From Pseudomonas aeruginosa (lineage in GTDB: Bacteria > Pseudomonadota > Gammaproteobacteria > Pseudomonadales > Pseudomonadaceae), in the NCBI RefSeq assembly GCF_001457615.1, contig NZ_LN831024.1, positions 6,000,001 to 6,032,000 of the forward strand: a DNA stretch of 32,000 nt, given 5' to 3'. A model generated the notes under the pieces. The model had not been told where the DNA came from, made no database searches, and worked only from the letters and a program-made list of their open reading frames with translations. Shown here in pieces: positions 9,155 to 20,768 of this stretch; the stretch's first letter is position 1, and each line of letters begins with the position of its first letter. A program made the translations under genes and the position numbers.

Positions 9155-10072
9155 TCACGCCAGCCGCTCGACGACGGGCAGACGCATCGCCGCCACCTCC
9201 GCGAGGAGGAAGTCGCGCAATCGCTGGAAGCGTTCCTGTCCCCTGCGGGCGCGAGGCCAGACCAGGTGATAGCTTTCGCCGCTGGCCACCGCCACCGGCC
9301 AGGGCAGGCCGATGCGGCCCTGGGCGACATCCTCGGCGACCATCACCAGGTCGCCGATGGACACGCCATAGCCTCGCGCGGCGGCGACGATGCCCAGTTC
9401 CAGCGTGTCGAACACCTGGCCGCCCTTGAGCGACACCTCCTCCCCCAGCCCGGTCCGTTGCAGCCAGCGTCGCCAGTCGCGACGATCCGGCGTGGGGTGC
9501 AGCAACTCGCTGTCACGCAGGCGTTGGAGGGTCCAGGGCTCCACGGCCTCGTCGGGATCGCAGACCGGCACCAGCCATTCGGCGAACAGCGCTGCCGTTT
9601 CCCATTCCGGGCTGAACTGGCCGCTGCCCAGCAACACCGCGCAGTCGAAAGGCTCGCGCTGGAAGTCCACCGAGTCCACATCCATCCAGGCACTGGTGAG
9701 CTGCACCTCGATATCCGGGTTCAGGTGGCGGAAGCGGCTCAGGCGCGGTAGCAGCCAGCGCAGGGTAAGGGTGGAAGGCGCCTTCAGGCGCAGGGTGGCG
9801 TCGTCCACACGCAGGGCGGTGCAGGCCCGTTCCAGCGCATCGAAGCCGTCGCGCAGCCCGGGCAGTAGCAGGCGTGCCGGCTCGGTCAGCTGCAACTGGC
9901 GGCCATGGCGCTCGAACAGACGACAACCGAAGTGCTCTTCCAGGGTACGGATGTGCCGGCTCACCGCGCTCTGGGTTATCGCCAGTTCCTCGCCGGCGCG
10001 GGTGAAAGAGGCGTGCCGGGCGGCAGCCTCGAAGGCGCGCAGGGCATACAGCGGGGGCAGGCGACGGGTCAT
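9155..10072 (-). CDS. LysR-family transcriptional regulator (GcvA-like)
   Basis: 305 aa with an N-terminal LysR HTH: MTRRLPPLYALRAFEAAARHASFTRAGEELAITQSAVSRHIRTLEEHFGCRLFERHGR. Confidence 0.93.
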   Translation of the reverse strand: MTRRLPPLYALRAFEAAARHASFTRAGEELAITQSAVSRHIRTLEEHFGCRLFERHGRQLQLTEPARLLLPGLRDGFDALERACTALRVDDATLRLKAPSTLTLRWLLPRLSRFRHLNPDIEVQLTSAWMDVDSVDFQREPFDCAVLLGSGQFSPEWETAALFAEWLVPVCDPDEAVEPWTLQRLRDSELLHPTPDRRDWRRWLQRTGLGEEVSLKGGQVFDTLELGIVAAARGYGVSIGDLVMVAEDVAQGRIGLPWPVAVASGESYHLVWPRARRGQERFQRLRDFLLAEVAAMRLPVVERLA

Positions 10073-10220
10073 TGGGGAATTACCTCTTTCATGACTTTTA
10101 CTCATGCCTGGCATCTTGTTTTTCCTTTTGTGGAGCCATGCCAGTCGCACCGAGAATAGCCGCATTCTCAACGCCGACAGGCCATCGCGGCAACCATCTC
10201 CTCCTGAGCCTTACTCATCC

Positions 10221-11687
10221 ATGTCCTCGCCATCCCTCGTCGAACTCAAAGCCATCCTGCGCCTGGCGGGCCCGTTGATCGCCGCCCAGCTGGCCTATGT
10301 CGCCATGGTCTTCACCGACACCGTGATGATGGGCAAGCTCGGCCCCGACGCGCTGGCCGCCGGCGGCCTGGGCGCGGTCAGCTACGCCTTCGTCTCGACG
10401 TTCTGTGTCGGCGTGGTGGCAGCGGTCGGCAACCTGGTGGCGATCCGTCACGGCTGCGACGACGCCGCTGGCGCCGCCGCGGCCGCTCGCTCCGGACTCT
10501 GGGTCGGCGCCGCGCTGGCCCTGGCCGCCGGCCTGCTGCTATGGAACCTGCGGCCGCTGCTCCTGGTCTTCGGCCAGGCGCCGCAGACGGTGGACGGCGC
10601 CATGCAGTTCCTCCACAGCCTGACATTCGCCCTGCCCGGCTACATGGCCTTCATGGTCCTGCGCGGCTTCACCAGCGCCATCGACCGCGCCGGCCCGGTG
10701 ATGGCGATCAGCGTGCTCGGCGCGCTGGCCAACCTGGCTCTCAACTATTCCTTCATAGAAGGCCTGTTCGGCCTGCCGCGCCTGGGCCTGGCCGGTATCG
10801 GCCTGGTCACCGCCCTCGTCATGAACTGCATGCCGCTGCTGCTGGCCCTGTATATCCGCCTGCAGCCGGCCTATGCCGAGTACTCGCTGCTGCGCGGACT
10901 GGGACGGCCGCAGCGGGCGATGGTCGAGGAGATACTGCGCCTGGGGCTGCCCATCGGTGGCACCTACGCGGTGGAGTCGGGGATGTTCACGGTCGCCACC
11001 CTGTGCATGGGCATCATCGGCGATCACGCCCTGGCCGCGCACCAGATCGCCATCCAGGCGGTATACGTGGCGTTCATGGTGCCGGTGGGGTTGTCGTACG
11101 CCACCACCTACCGCATCGGCCAGCATTTCGGCGCCGGCCGCCTGCTCGAAGCACGCCGCGCCGGGCGTGTCGGCATCGGCTTCGGCGCGCTGTGCATGCT
11201 GCTCTTCGCCGGGCTCTTCTGGTGGATGCCGGAGGCCATCATCGGCCTGTTCCTCGACCGCGACGCCCCGGCCAACCGGGAGGTGGCCGCGATGGCCGTC
11301 TCGCTGCTGGCGATCGCCGCCTGGTTCGAGCTGTTCGACGGCACCCAGAACGTCGCCATGGGCGCGATCCGCGGTCTCAAGGACGCCCGCACCACCTTCC
11401 TGGTCGGCCTGGCCTGCTACTGGCTGGTCGGCGTGCCGCTGGCCTGCCTGCTGGCGTTCGCGGCCGGCTGGGGCGCCGCGGGCGTCTGGTGGGGGCTGGC
11501 CGGCGGCCTGGCCTGCGCAGCCATCGGCCTGACCCTGGCCTTCGAGTGGAAGACCGCGCGGTTGCTGCCGAAAGCCACGGCCAGCGAGACGTCGGCGCTC
11601 AATTGCCGAGCGGCTGGCCGCGGTGCGCCGAGCGCTCGCCGATGCCCAGGAAACGCGCCAGTTCCGCCAGCGGCAGCGGCGGACTGA
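10221..11687 (+). CDS. MATE family multidrug efflux transporter (NorM-like)
   Basis: 488 aa: LAGPLIAAQLAYVAMVFTDTVMMGKLGPDALAAGGLG, FSTFCVGVVAAVGNLVAIRHG and GLPIGGTYAVESGMFTVATL. The last ~30 codons overlap the convergent EAL gene. Confidence 0.93.
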   Translation: MSSPSLVELKAILRLAGPLIAAQLAYVAMVFTDTVMMGKLGPDALAAGGLGAVSYAFVSTFCVGVVAAVGNLVAIRHGCDDAAGAAAAARSGLWVGAALALAAGLLLWNLRPLLLVFGQAPQTVDGAMQFLHSLTFALPGYMAFMVLRGFTSAIDRAGPVMAISVLGALANLALNYSFIEGLFGLPRLGLAGIGLVTALVMNCMPLLLALYIRLQPAYAEYSLLRGLGRPQRAMVEEILRLGLPIGGTYAVESGMFTVATLCMGIIGDHALAAHQIAIQAVYVAFMVPVGLSYATTYRIGQHFGAGRLLEARRAGRVGIGFGALCMLLFAGLFWWMPEAIIGLFLDRDAPANREVAAMAVSLLAIAAWFELFDGTQNVAMGAIRGLKDARTTFLVGLACYWLVGVPLACLLAFAAGWGAAGVWWGLAGGLACAAIGLTLAFEWKTARLLPKATASETSALNCRAAGRGAPSARRCPGNAPVPPAAAAD

Positions 11688-13275
11688 TCCAGTAGCCCTG
11701 CACCTGGTCGCAACCGAAATCGCGCAACTGCTCCTGCTGGCGCAGGGTCTCCACGCCTTCGGCAACCACTTCCAGGTTGAGGTTGTGCGCCAGGTTGATC
11801 ATCGCCCGCACCAGTTGGAAGTTTTCCGCCCGCTGGTCCATGCCGCCGACGAAGCTGCGGTCGATCTTCAACAGGGTGATCGGCAGGCTATTGAGGTGGA
11901 CGAAGGACGAGAAACCGGTGCCGAAGTCGTCCAGCGAAAAGCGCACGCCCAGTTGGCCGAGCGCCTGCATGGTCTGCAGCACCTGGTCGCTGCGCCGCAT
12001 CACGGCGGTCTCGGTCAGTTCGAACTCGAGCCAGCGCGCGTCGACGCCGTGCTCTTCGATCAACCGTTGCAGGGTCGGCAGCAACTGGCTGTCCTGGAAC
12101 TGGCGGAACGACAGGTTCACCGCCATGTGCAACGGCTCCAGGCCGCGCCCGTTGAGCCACTGCATGTCGCGCAGGGCGCGGGCGATGACCCAGTAGCCGA
12201 GCGGCACGATCAGCCCGCTCTCCTCGGCCAGCGGGACGAACTCGCTGGGCGTGAGCAGGCCCCGCTCGCCGTGGCGCCAGCGCACCAGCGCCTCCAGGCC
12301 GACGATGCGCCCGCTGTCCAGGCACAGTCGCGGCTGGTAGTGCAGCTCCAGCTCGTCGCGACGCAGCGCCCGGCGCAGTTCGGCTTCGAGGTCGGCGAGG
12401 CTGCGCACGCCACGGTTGATGCGTTCGTCGAAGACATGGAAGGTGCAACCCTGGCGGCTCTTGGCCTGCTGCATGGCGATGTGCGCATGCCACATCAGCG
12501 GGTCGGCACCTTCGTCGGCACGGGCATGGGCGAGTCCCAGGCTGCAACCCAGCAACAGGCTCTCGCCATCGATCCAGTAGGGCTCGCCGAGGCATTCGAC
12601 GATGCGTTCGGCGACCCGCTCGGCGCGTTGCGGATCGCGACGGGTGTCCAGCAGCAGGGCGAACTCGTCGCTGCCCAGGCGCGCCAGGCTGTCGCCGTTC
12701 TCCATGAAGCCGCGCAGGCGGTTGACCACCTGCAGGATCAGGCGGTCGCCGCCCTGGTGGCCGAGGGAATCGTTGACGTGACGGAAGTTGTCCAGGTCGA
12801 GGTGGCCGAGCACCAGGCCACGCCCGTCGAATTCGCTGAGGCGCGCCGCGAGCAGGGTCTGGAAGCCCTGGCGGTTGGCGATGCCGGTCAGCGGATCCTG
12901 CTCGGCGAGCAGTTGCAGGGTCGCCTGCAAACCCAGGCGCTCGCGCGCGTAGCGCAGGCAGCGGCGCAGGCTGTCCTCGGAAAGCTGTTCGGCGGCCAGC
13001 CAGTCGACCACCCCAACCGGCGCCTGCGCCGGCTCCTGCTGCAACAGCAGGATCACCGGCCAGGGACAGGGAGTCCCCAGCGGCAGGCAGGCCGGCGTGG
13101 CCAGGAGCAGCCCCCGGGGCTCGGCGGCGAACAGGGTGGCCGCGCCCTCCCAGGTGGTGACGATGCTCAGCGAAAAGGCAGGCCCCAGCGCTCTCAGGCG
13201 TTCACCTAGCAGTGGCGCCCAGTCCGGCGTATCCGCCAGAAGGAGCAGGCGCAAGGGTTCTGCGGGCGCTGACAA
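11599..13275 (-). CDS. Degenerate GGDEF / EAL-domain protein, probable c-di-GMP phosphodiesterase (ProE-like)
   Basis: 558 aa with a TTG start. It carries receiver-like N-terminal sequence, LARLGSDEFALLL in place of GGDEF, and EAL-domain motifs GRIVGLEALVRW, ELTETAVM and SLDDFGTGFSS. Confidence 0.88.
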   Translation of the reverse strand: MSAPAEPLRLLLLADTPDWAPLLGERLRALGPAFSLSIVTTWEGAATLFAAEPRGLLLATPACLPLGTPCPWPVILLLQQEPAQAPVGVVDWLAAEQLSEDSLRRCLRYARERLGLQATLQLLAEQDPLTGIANRQGFQTLLAARLSEFDGRGLVLGHLDLDNFRHVNDSLGHQGGDRLILQVVNRLRGFMENGDSLARLGSDEFALLLDTRRDPQRAERVAERIVECLGEPYWIDGESLLLGCSLGLAHARADEGADPLMWHAHIAMQQAKSRQGCTFHVFDERINRGVRSLADLEAELRRALRRDELELHYQPRLCLDSGRIVGLEALVRWRHGERGLLTPSEFVPLAEESGLIVPLGYWVIARALRDMQWLNGRGLEPLHMAVNLSFRQFQDSQLLPTLQRLIEEHGVDARWLEFELTETAVMRRSDQVLQTMQALGQLGVRFSLDDFGTGFSSFVHLNSLPITLLKIDRSFVGGMDQRAENFQLVRAMINLAHNLNLEVVAEGVETLRQQEQLRDFGCDQVQGYWISPPLPLAELARFLGIGERSAHRGQPLGN

Positions 13276-13462
13276 GCAACCTCCAAAGTTTTAAGAATCT
13301 TCGTAAAGAACGAACGGCATCATCCTAATGCGGTAGGGAATCTACAGCAAAATGGCGTGAACGATCTCGGGATCGGTCACAGCTTGCACGCTAATTCTCG
13401 CGGATGCCAGCCAGCCTGTTAGAATACGCCCCCGCTTCAACCCTCTCTTCCGGCCTGTTCCT

Positions 13463-15472
13463 ATGTCCCGACTCAATCCCCGGCAGCAAGAAGCCGTGAA
13501 CTACGTCGGCGGTCCCCTGCTGGTCCTGGCTGGCGCCGGCTCCGGCAAGACCAGCGTGATCACCCGCAAGATCGCCTATCTCGTCCAGCAGTGCGGTATC
13601 CGCGCCCAGTACATCGTCGCCGTGACCTTCACCAACAAGGCCGCGCGGGAGATGAAGGAGCGCGTCGGCACCCTGCTGCGCGGCGGCGAGGGCAAGGGCC
13701 TGACCGTCTCGACCTTCCACAACCTCGGCCTGAACATCATCCGCAAGGAACACGAACGGCTCGGCTACAAGCCCGGTTTCTCGATCTTCGACGAGTCGGA
13801 CATCAAGGCGCTGCTGACCGACATCATGCAGAAGGAGTATTCCGGGGACGACGGCGTCGACGAGATCAAGAACTACATCGGCGCCTGGAAGAACGACCTG
13901 ATCCTTCCGGAGGAGGCGCTGGAAAAGGCCCGCAACCCCAAGGAGCAGACCGCCGCGATCGTCTACCTGCATTACCAGCGCACCCTGCGCGCCTACAACG
14001 CGGTGGACTTCGACGACCTGATCCTGCAACCGGTGAAGCTGTTCCAGGAACATCCGGACGTCCTCCAGAAGTGGCAGAACAAGGTGCGCTACATGCTGGT
14101 GGACGAGTACCAGGACACCAACGCCAGCCAGTACCTGCTGGTCAAGCTGCTGGTGAAGGACCGCGCCCAGTTCACCGTGGTCGGCGACGACGATCAGTCG
14201 ATCTACGCCTGGCGCGGCGCGCGTCCGGAAAACCTGATGCAGCTGAAGGAAGACTTCCCTTCGCTGAAGGTGGTGATGCTGGAGCAGAACTACCGCTCCA
14301 CCAGCCGCATCCTCAAGTGCGCGAACGTCCTCATCGCCAACAACCCGCACGTATTCGAGAAGCAGTTGTGGAGCGAGATGGGCCACGGCGATCCGATCCG
14401 GGTGATCCGCTGCCGCAACGAGGACGCCGAGGCCGAGCGCATCGCCATGGAAATCCTCACCCTGCACCTGCGCACCGAGCGGCCGTACAGCGAGTTCGCC
14501 ATCCTCTACCGTGGCAACCACCAGGCCAAGCTGATGGAGCTGAAGCTCCAGCACCACCAGATTCCCTATCGGCTCTCTGGCGGCACCAGCTTCTTCGGGC
14601 GCCAGGAAGTGAAGGACCTGATGTCCTACTTCCGCCTGCTGGTGAACCCCGACGACGACAACGCCTTCCTCAGGGTGATCAACGTGCCGCGCCGGGAAAT
14701 CGGTTCGGCGACCCTGGAGAAGCTCGGCAACTACGCCACCCAGCGCAAGATCTCGATGTACGCCGCCTGCGACGAGATGGGCCTGGCCGAGCACCTCGAC
14801 AGCCGTTTCCACGAACGCCTGCAACGCTTCAAGCGCTGGATGGACGGTATCCGCCGACAGTGCGCGGAGAACGAGCCGATCGCCGTGCTGCGCAGCATGG
14901 TGATGGACATCGACTACGAGAACTGGCTGCGGCAGAACGCCTCCAGCGACAAGGTCGCCGAATTCCGCATGAGCAACGTCTGGTTCCTCATCGAGGCACT
15001 GAAGAACACCCTCGAGCGCGACGAGGAAGGCGACATGACCATCGAGCAGGCCATCGCCAAGCTGGTCCTGCGCGACATGCTGGAGCGCCAGCAGGAAGAA
15101 GAGGAAGGCGCCGAAGGCGTGCAGATGATGACCCTGCACGCGTCGAAGGGGCTGGAGTTCCCCTACGTGTTCATCATGGGCATGGAGGAAGAGATCCTGC
15201 CCCACCGTTCCAGCATCGAGGCCGACACGGTGGAAGAGGAGCGCCGCCTGGCCTACGTCGGCATCACCCGCGCGCGGCAGAACCTGGCGATGACCTTCGC
15301 CGCCAAGCGCAAGCAATACGGCGAGATCATCGACTGCTCGCCGAGCCGCTTCCTCGACGAACTGCCCCCCGAAGACCTCGAATGGGAAGGCATGGAAGAC
15401 GCCCCGCAAGAGGTCAAGGCGGCCAAGGGCAACGCCGCCCTCGCCGACATCCGCGCCATGCTCAAGCGCTGA
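13463..15472 (+). CDS. rep: ATP-dependent DNA helicase Rep (UvrD/Rep SF1)
   Basis: 669 aa: MSRLNPRQQEAVNYVGGPLLVLAGAGSGKTSVITRKIAYLV, VDEYQDTNASQYLLVKLLV, GDDDQSIYAWRGARPENL, MTLHASKGLEFPYVFIMGMEE and VGITRARQNLAMTFA. Confidence 0.97.
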   Translation: MSRLNPRQQEAVNYVGGPLLVLAGAGSGKTSVITRKIAYLVQQCGIRAQYIVAVTFTNKAAREMKERVGTLLRGGEGKGLTVSTFHNLGLNIIRKEHERLGYKPGFSIFDESDIKALLTDIMQKEYSGDDGVDEIKNYIGAWKNDLILPEEALEKARNPKEQTAAIVYLHYQRTLRAYNAVDFDDLILQPVKLFQEHPDVLQKWQNKVRYMLVDEYQDTNASQYLLVKLLVKDRAQFTVVGDDDQSIYAWRGARPENLMQLKEDFPSLKVVMLEQNYRSTSRILKCANVLIANNPHVFEKQLWSEMGHGDPIRVIRCRNEDAEAERIAMEILTLHLRTERPYSEFAILYRGNHQAKLMELKLQHHQIPYRLSGGTSFFGRQEVKDLMSYFRLLVNPDDDNAFLRVINVPRREIGSATLEKLGNYATQRKISMYAACDEMGLAEHLDSRFHERLQRFKRWMDGIRRQCAENEPIAVLRSMVMDIDYENWLRQNASSDKVAEFRMSNVWFLIEALKNTLERDEEGDMTIEQAIAKLVLRDMLERQQEEEEGAEGVQMMTLHASKGLEFPYVFIMGMEEEILPHRSSIEADTVEEERRLAYVGITRARQNLAMTFAAKRKQYGEIIDCSPSRFLDELPPEDLEWEGMEDAPQEVKAAKGNAALADIRAMLKR

Positions 15473-15569
15473 GCCCGCCGCGCCTCGACTGTCTCGATTT
15501 TCACAAAAGTGTCTTGCCCGATGCCTAGCCTCGGGCGAGGAACTTTTGCCGCTCCACGCGCGACCAAAA

Positions 15570-15581
15570 TTAGCTAGCTAA
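15570..15581. repeat. 12-bp perfect palindrome ttagctagctaa in the poxB leader
   Basis: Direct reading; located 25-36 nt upstream of the poxB ATG in an otherwise GC-rich region. Confidence 0.6.
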
Positions 15582-15605
15582 CGAATTCCATTCGAGGACA
15601 GCTTC

Positions 15606-18060
<2,455 letters not shown>

Positions 18061-18067
18061 GCGCCAC

Positions 18068-19996
18068 TCAGCCCCGCTCTTCCTGGCTGGCTCGCAGGCC
18101 GGCCAGCAGCAAGCGCTGGTAGAGTTCCTCGCGAAGCCCCTGCGGATCGTCCAGGTCCATGCGCCGCAGATGCGCCGGGTAGGCTTCTGGCTCCGGCGCA
18201 TCCAGGGTCGCCTTGCCCAGTTCGAGGATCTCGCTCAGCTTCAGCTTGCGCTTGAGCCAACCCAGCGCCCGCAGCAGGTCCTGCTCGACCTCGTCGAAAT
18301 CGCTGCCCAGGGGAAACTCCGGCAGCGCCGCTGCGTGGGCCTGGTGCAAGGCCTGCAGGCGCTCCGGGGTATTGTTGCGATAGCGTTCGGGCAGGACGAA
18401 ATCCTTCGGCAGCTTGCCGGCCGACTGGGCCTGCTCGGCCAGCGCCTGCTGGAAGCGTGAGTCGGCGATGGCCAGCAGCGCGGCGATCACTTCCGCGTCA
18501 TTCTTGCCGCGCAGGTCGGCGATCCCGTACTCGGTCACCACCATGTCACGCAAGTGCCGGGGAATGGTGGTGTGGGCGTACTGCCAGACGATGTTCGAAC
18601 TGACCTCCCCGCCGGATTCGCGCCAGCTACGCAGCATCAGGATCGAACGTGCGCCCTCCAGCTCGTGAGCCTGGGCGACGAAGTTGTACTGCCCGCCGAC
18701 GCCACTGAGCACCCGGCCGTCCTCCAACTGGTCGGCGACCCCGGCGCCGAGCAGGGTCACGGTGAAGGCGCTGTTGATGAAGCGCGCGTCGCGCCGCTGC
18801 AGACGCTTCAGCTCTTCCTGGCGGTACAGGTTGTTGACGAAGCCGATGCCGGTCATGCCGATCCCGGCGCGCTCTTCCAGCGACATCTCGCGCAGGCGCC
18901 GGTAGAACGCCAACGGACCGAGGAAAAAGCCGCCGTGCAGCCACACCCCGCCCTCCACCGGCGCCTCACCGCGCTCGGCGGCACGCTGCCGCGCTTCGTC
19001 GGGGTAGACCCGGCGGCTCAGCACGCCGGCCTCGGCCAGCGCCAGCAGACCCGGCACGAACATCTCGCTGCAACCGTAAAGCCCCCGGCGGAACGGCTCC
19101 AGGCCACCGTCGCGCTCGATCGTCTCGGCCCAGCGCGCACGCACACCCAGCTCGTCGATCAACGCCCGGTAGGTGGCGTTGTCGCGCTGGCGCAGCAGCA
19201 GGGCGGCGGTCAGCGCGTCGCCCATCGAGCCGATGCCGATCTGCAGGGTGCCGCCGTCGCGCACCAGCGCGCTGGCGTGGAGACCGATACAGTGATCCTG
19301 CAGGTTGACCGGCATGTTCGGCGTGGAGAACAGCCGGCTGCTTTCCGCCGGCGCGTCGATCAGCAGGTCGAATACCGACTCCTCGACCTCGGCGTCGCCC
19401 GGCAGGTAGGGCAGGTCATCGTGGACCACGCCGATGGCGACGATGGTCTCGCCAGCGGCGCGACGCTTCTCCAGCATCGGCAGGAGGTCCAGGGTGATAT
19501 CCGGGTTGCAGGCCAGGCTCAGCTTGCCCGGCCGCTCGGGATGCCGCGCCACCAGCTGGGCCACCGCGTTGACGCCCTTGGCATTGATGTCGCGGGCGAC
19601 GTGGCTGTAGTTGCAACTGATGTAGTGCTGCTGCGCCGGCGCGCTGTCCAGCAGGCTGCCGGGCTGCAGGTAGAACTCCTCGACGCGGATGTTCGCCGGC
19701 AGTTCGTCGCGGCGCAGGGCGTGCAGGTAATCCAGCTCCGGGTAGTCGGCGAAGACCCGTTCGGCGAAAGGCTCGAGGAAACGCCGTTGCAGGTCGCCGC
19801 CAGCGGCGGGACGCCCCAGGGAAAGCGCGGTATACAGCGTCAGCTGGCGCTCCGGCAGGGTCCGCAGGCGCTGGTACAACGCATTGACCAGTCGGTTGGG
19901 CTTGCCCAGCCCGAGGGGCAGGCCCATGCGAATCGGGCCCTCGATGGTCTGCAGCAAGTGATCGACTGCGGCGTCGATGGAACAGGTTCGGCTCAA
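18068..19996 (-). CDS. Large acetyl-CoA hydrolase/transferase-family protein
   Basis: About 642 aa from a TTG at 19996 with ggaggg upstream. Conserved C-terminal region: GGQYNFVAQAHELEGARSILMLRSWR...GGEVSSNIVWQYAHTTIPRHLRDMVVTEYGIADLRGKNDAEVIAALLAIAD. The 785-aa track ORF over-extends into cycB. Confidence 0.8.
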   Translation of the reverse strand: MSRTCSIDAAVDHLLQTIEGPIRMGLPLGLGKPNRLVNALYQRLRTLPERQLTLYTALSLGRPAAGGDLQRRFLEPFAERVFADYPELDYLHALRRDELPANIRVEEFYLQPGSLLDSAPAQQHYISCNYSHVARDINAKGVNAVAQLVARHPERPGKLSLACNPDITLDLLPMLEKRRAAGETIVAIGVVHDDLPYLPGDAEVEESVFDLLIDAPAESSRLFSTPNMPVNLQDHCIGLHASALVRDGGTLQIGIGSMGDALTAALLLRQRDNATYRALIDELGVRARWAETIERDGGLEPFRRGLYGCSEMFVPGLLALAEAGVLSRRVYPDEARQRAAERGEAPVEGGVWLHGGFFLGPLAFYRRLREMSLEERAGIGMTGIGFVNNLYRQEELKRLQRRDARFINSAFTVTLLGAGVADQLEDGRVLSGVGGQYNFVAQAHELEGARSILMLRSWRESGGEVSSNIVWQYAHTTIPRHLRDMVVTEYGIADLRGKNDAEVIAALLAIADSRFQQALAEQAQSAGKLPKDFVLPERYRNNTPERLQALHQAHAAALPEFPLGSDFDEVEQDLLRALGWLKRKLKLSEILELGKATLDAPEPEAYPAHLRRMDLDDPQGLREELYQRLLLAGLRASQEERG

Positions 19997-20090
19997 GACG
20001 ATGCCCTCCGGCGAATGGGTAGCCGGAAGTTTGGACCCTGTTTGCCGGCGGGACGATCCGCCAGCGGGAAAAACCCGCACCGCGGATACG

Positions 20091-20115
20091 AAAAAGCCGC
20101 CAGGAGGCGGCTTTT
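20091..20115. terminator. Bidirectional rho-independent terminator
   Basis: aaaaagccgcc-agga-ggcggctttt: GC stem flanked by A/T tracts on both sides, just downstream of the cytochrome gene. Confidence 0.85.
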
Positions 20116-20136
20116 CGCGACACTGTCCCGGCGTTG

Positions 20137-20592
20137 TTACAGACCGGACATATGCTTGATCGCGGCTTTCAGCTCGTCGTCCGAGCAATCGGCGCAGGTG
20201 CCTTTCGGCGGCATGGCGTTGATACCGGAAATCGCCTTGGCCAGCAGGCCATCGAGGCCGCCTTGCTCCTTGGCGCGCTTGCCCCACTCGGCCTTGTCGC
20301 CAACCTTCGGCGCGCCCAGCAGGCCGGTGCCGTGGCAGGTGTTGCAGGTCTTGCCGACGATGTCTTCGCCGGAACGCGCACCGCCGCCACCGGCGGCTGC
20401 CGCGACGGCGCCGACGCCTTCGCATTCCTTGCCTTGTACGCAGACCTTGCCTACCGGCTCGAGGCGCTTGGCGATCGCATCGTCAGTGGTCGTAGCCTGA
20501 GCGCTTACAGCCCACAGGGCCAACACGGCAGCTTGGGCCGCCAGCATTTTTTTAATCAGGTTCACCCTTACACCCTCATCGTGGCTTATCAC
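20137..20592 (-). CDS. cycB: Cytochrome c5-like monohaem cytochrome c
   Basis: 151-aa maximal ORF; the true start may be the GTG giving VNLIKKMLAAQAAVLALWAVSAQA. Haem motif CNTCHG, AKAISGINAMPPKGTCADCSDDELKAAIKHM. Confidence 0.9.
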   Translation of the reverse strand: MISHDEGVRVNLIKKMLAAQAAVLALWAVSAQATTTDDAIAKRLEPVGKVCVQGKECEGVGAVAAAAGGGGARSGEDIVGKTCNTCHGTGLLGAPKVGDKAEWGKRAKEQGGLDGLLAKAISGINAMPPKGTCADCSDDELKAAIKHMSGL

Positions 20593-20768
20593 ACCCGGGC
20601 ACGATACCGATCACTGCGGGCCGCGCGGGCGGGCGCAAGTATAACGGCAAAGAAAGCCCGGCAGAAACAATTGCACACCCTCGCAAAGCCTTGCGGCATT
20701 AGGTCGCAGCCCCGCATGCCCCTTGTCGGCCGGCGCCCTTCGGGCCCGGCGGGGTCTTGTGCTTCAGG

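Noticed and set aside
11623-13209. 528-aa plus-strand ORF antisense to the GGDEF/EAL gene
   Set aside because: No recognisable domain; shadow of high-GC codon usage.
13391-15409. 672-aa minus-strand ORF antisense to rep
   Set aside because: Complement of the clearly identified Rep helicase; no independent support.
19997-20425. N-terminal extension of the 785-aa acetyl-CoA hydrolase-like ORF
   Set aside because: Out-of-frame reading of cycB (MRRRRRRRGSRRW...) and the intergenic terminator. The TTG at 19996 with a nearby ribosome-binding-like ggaggg fits better.
18554-20500. 648-aa plus-strand ORF spanning the acetyl-CoA hydrolase-like gene and cycB
   Set aside because: Shadow ORF; crosses a strong terminator and two supported reverse-strand genes.
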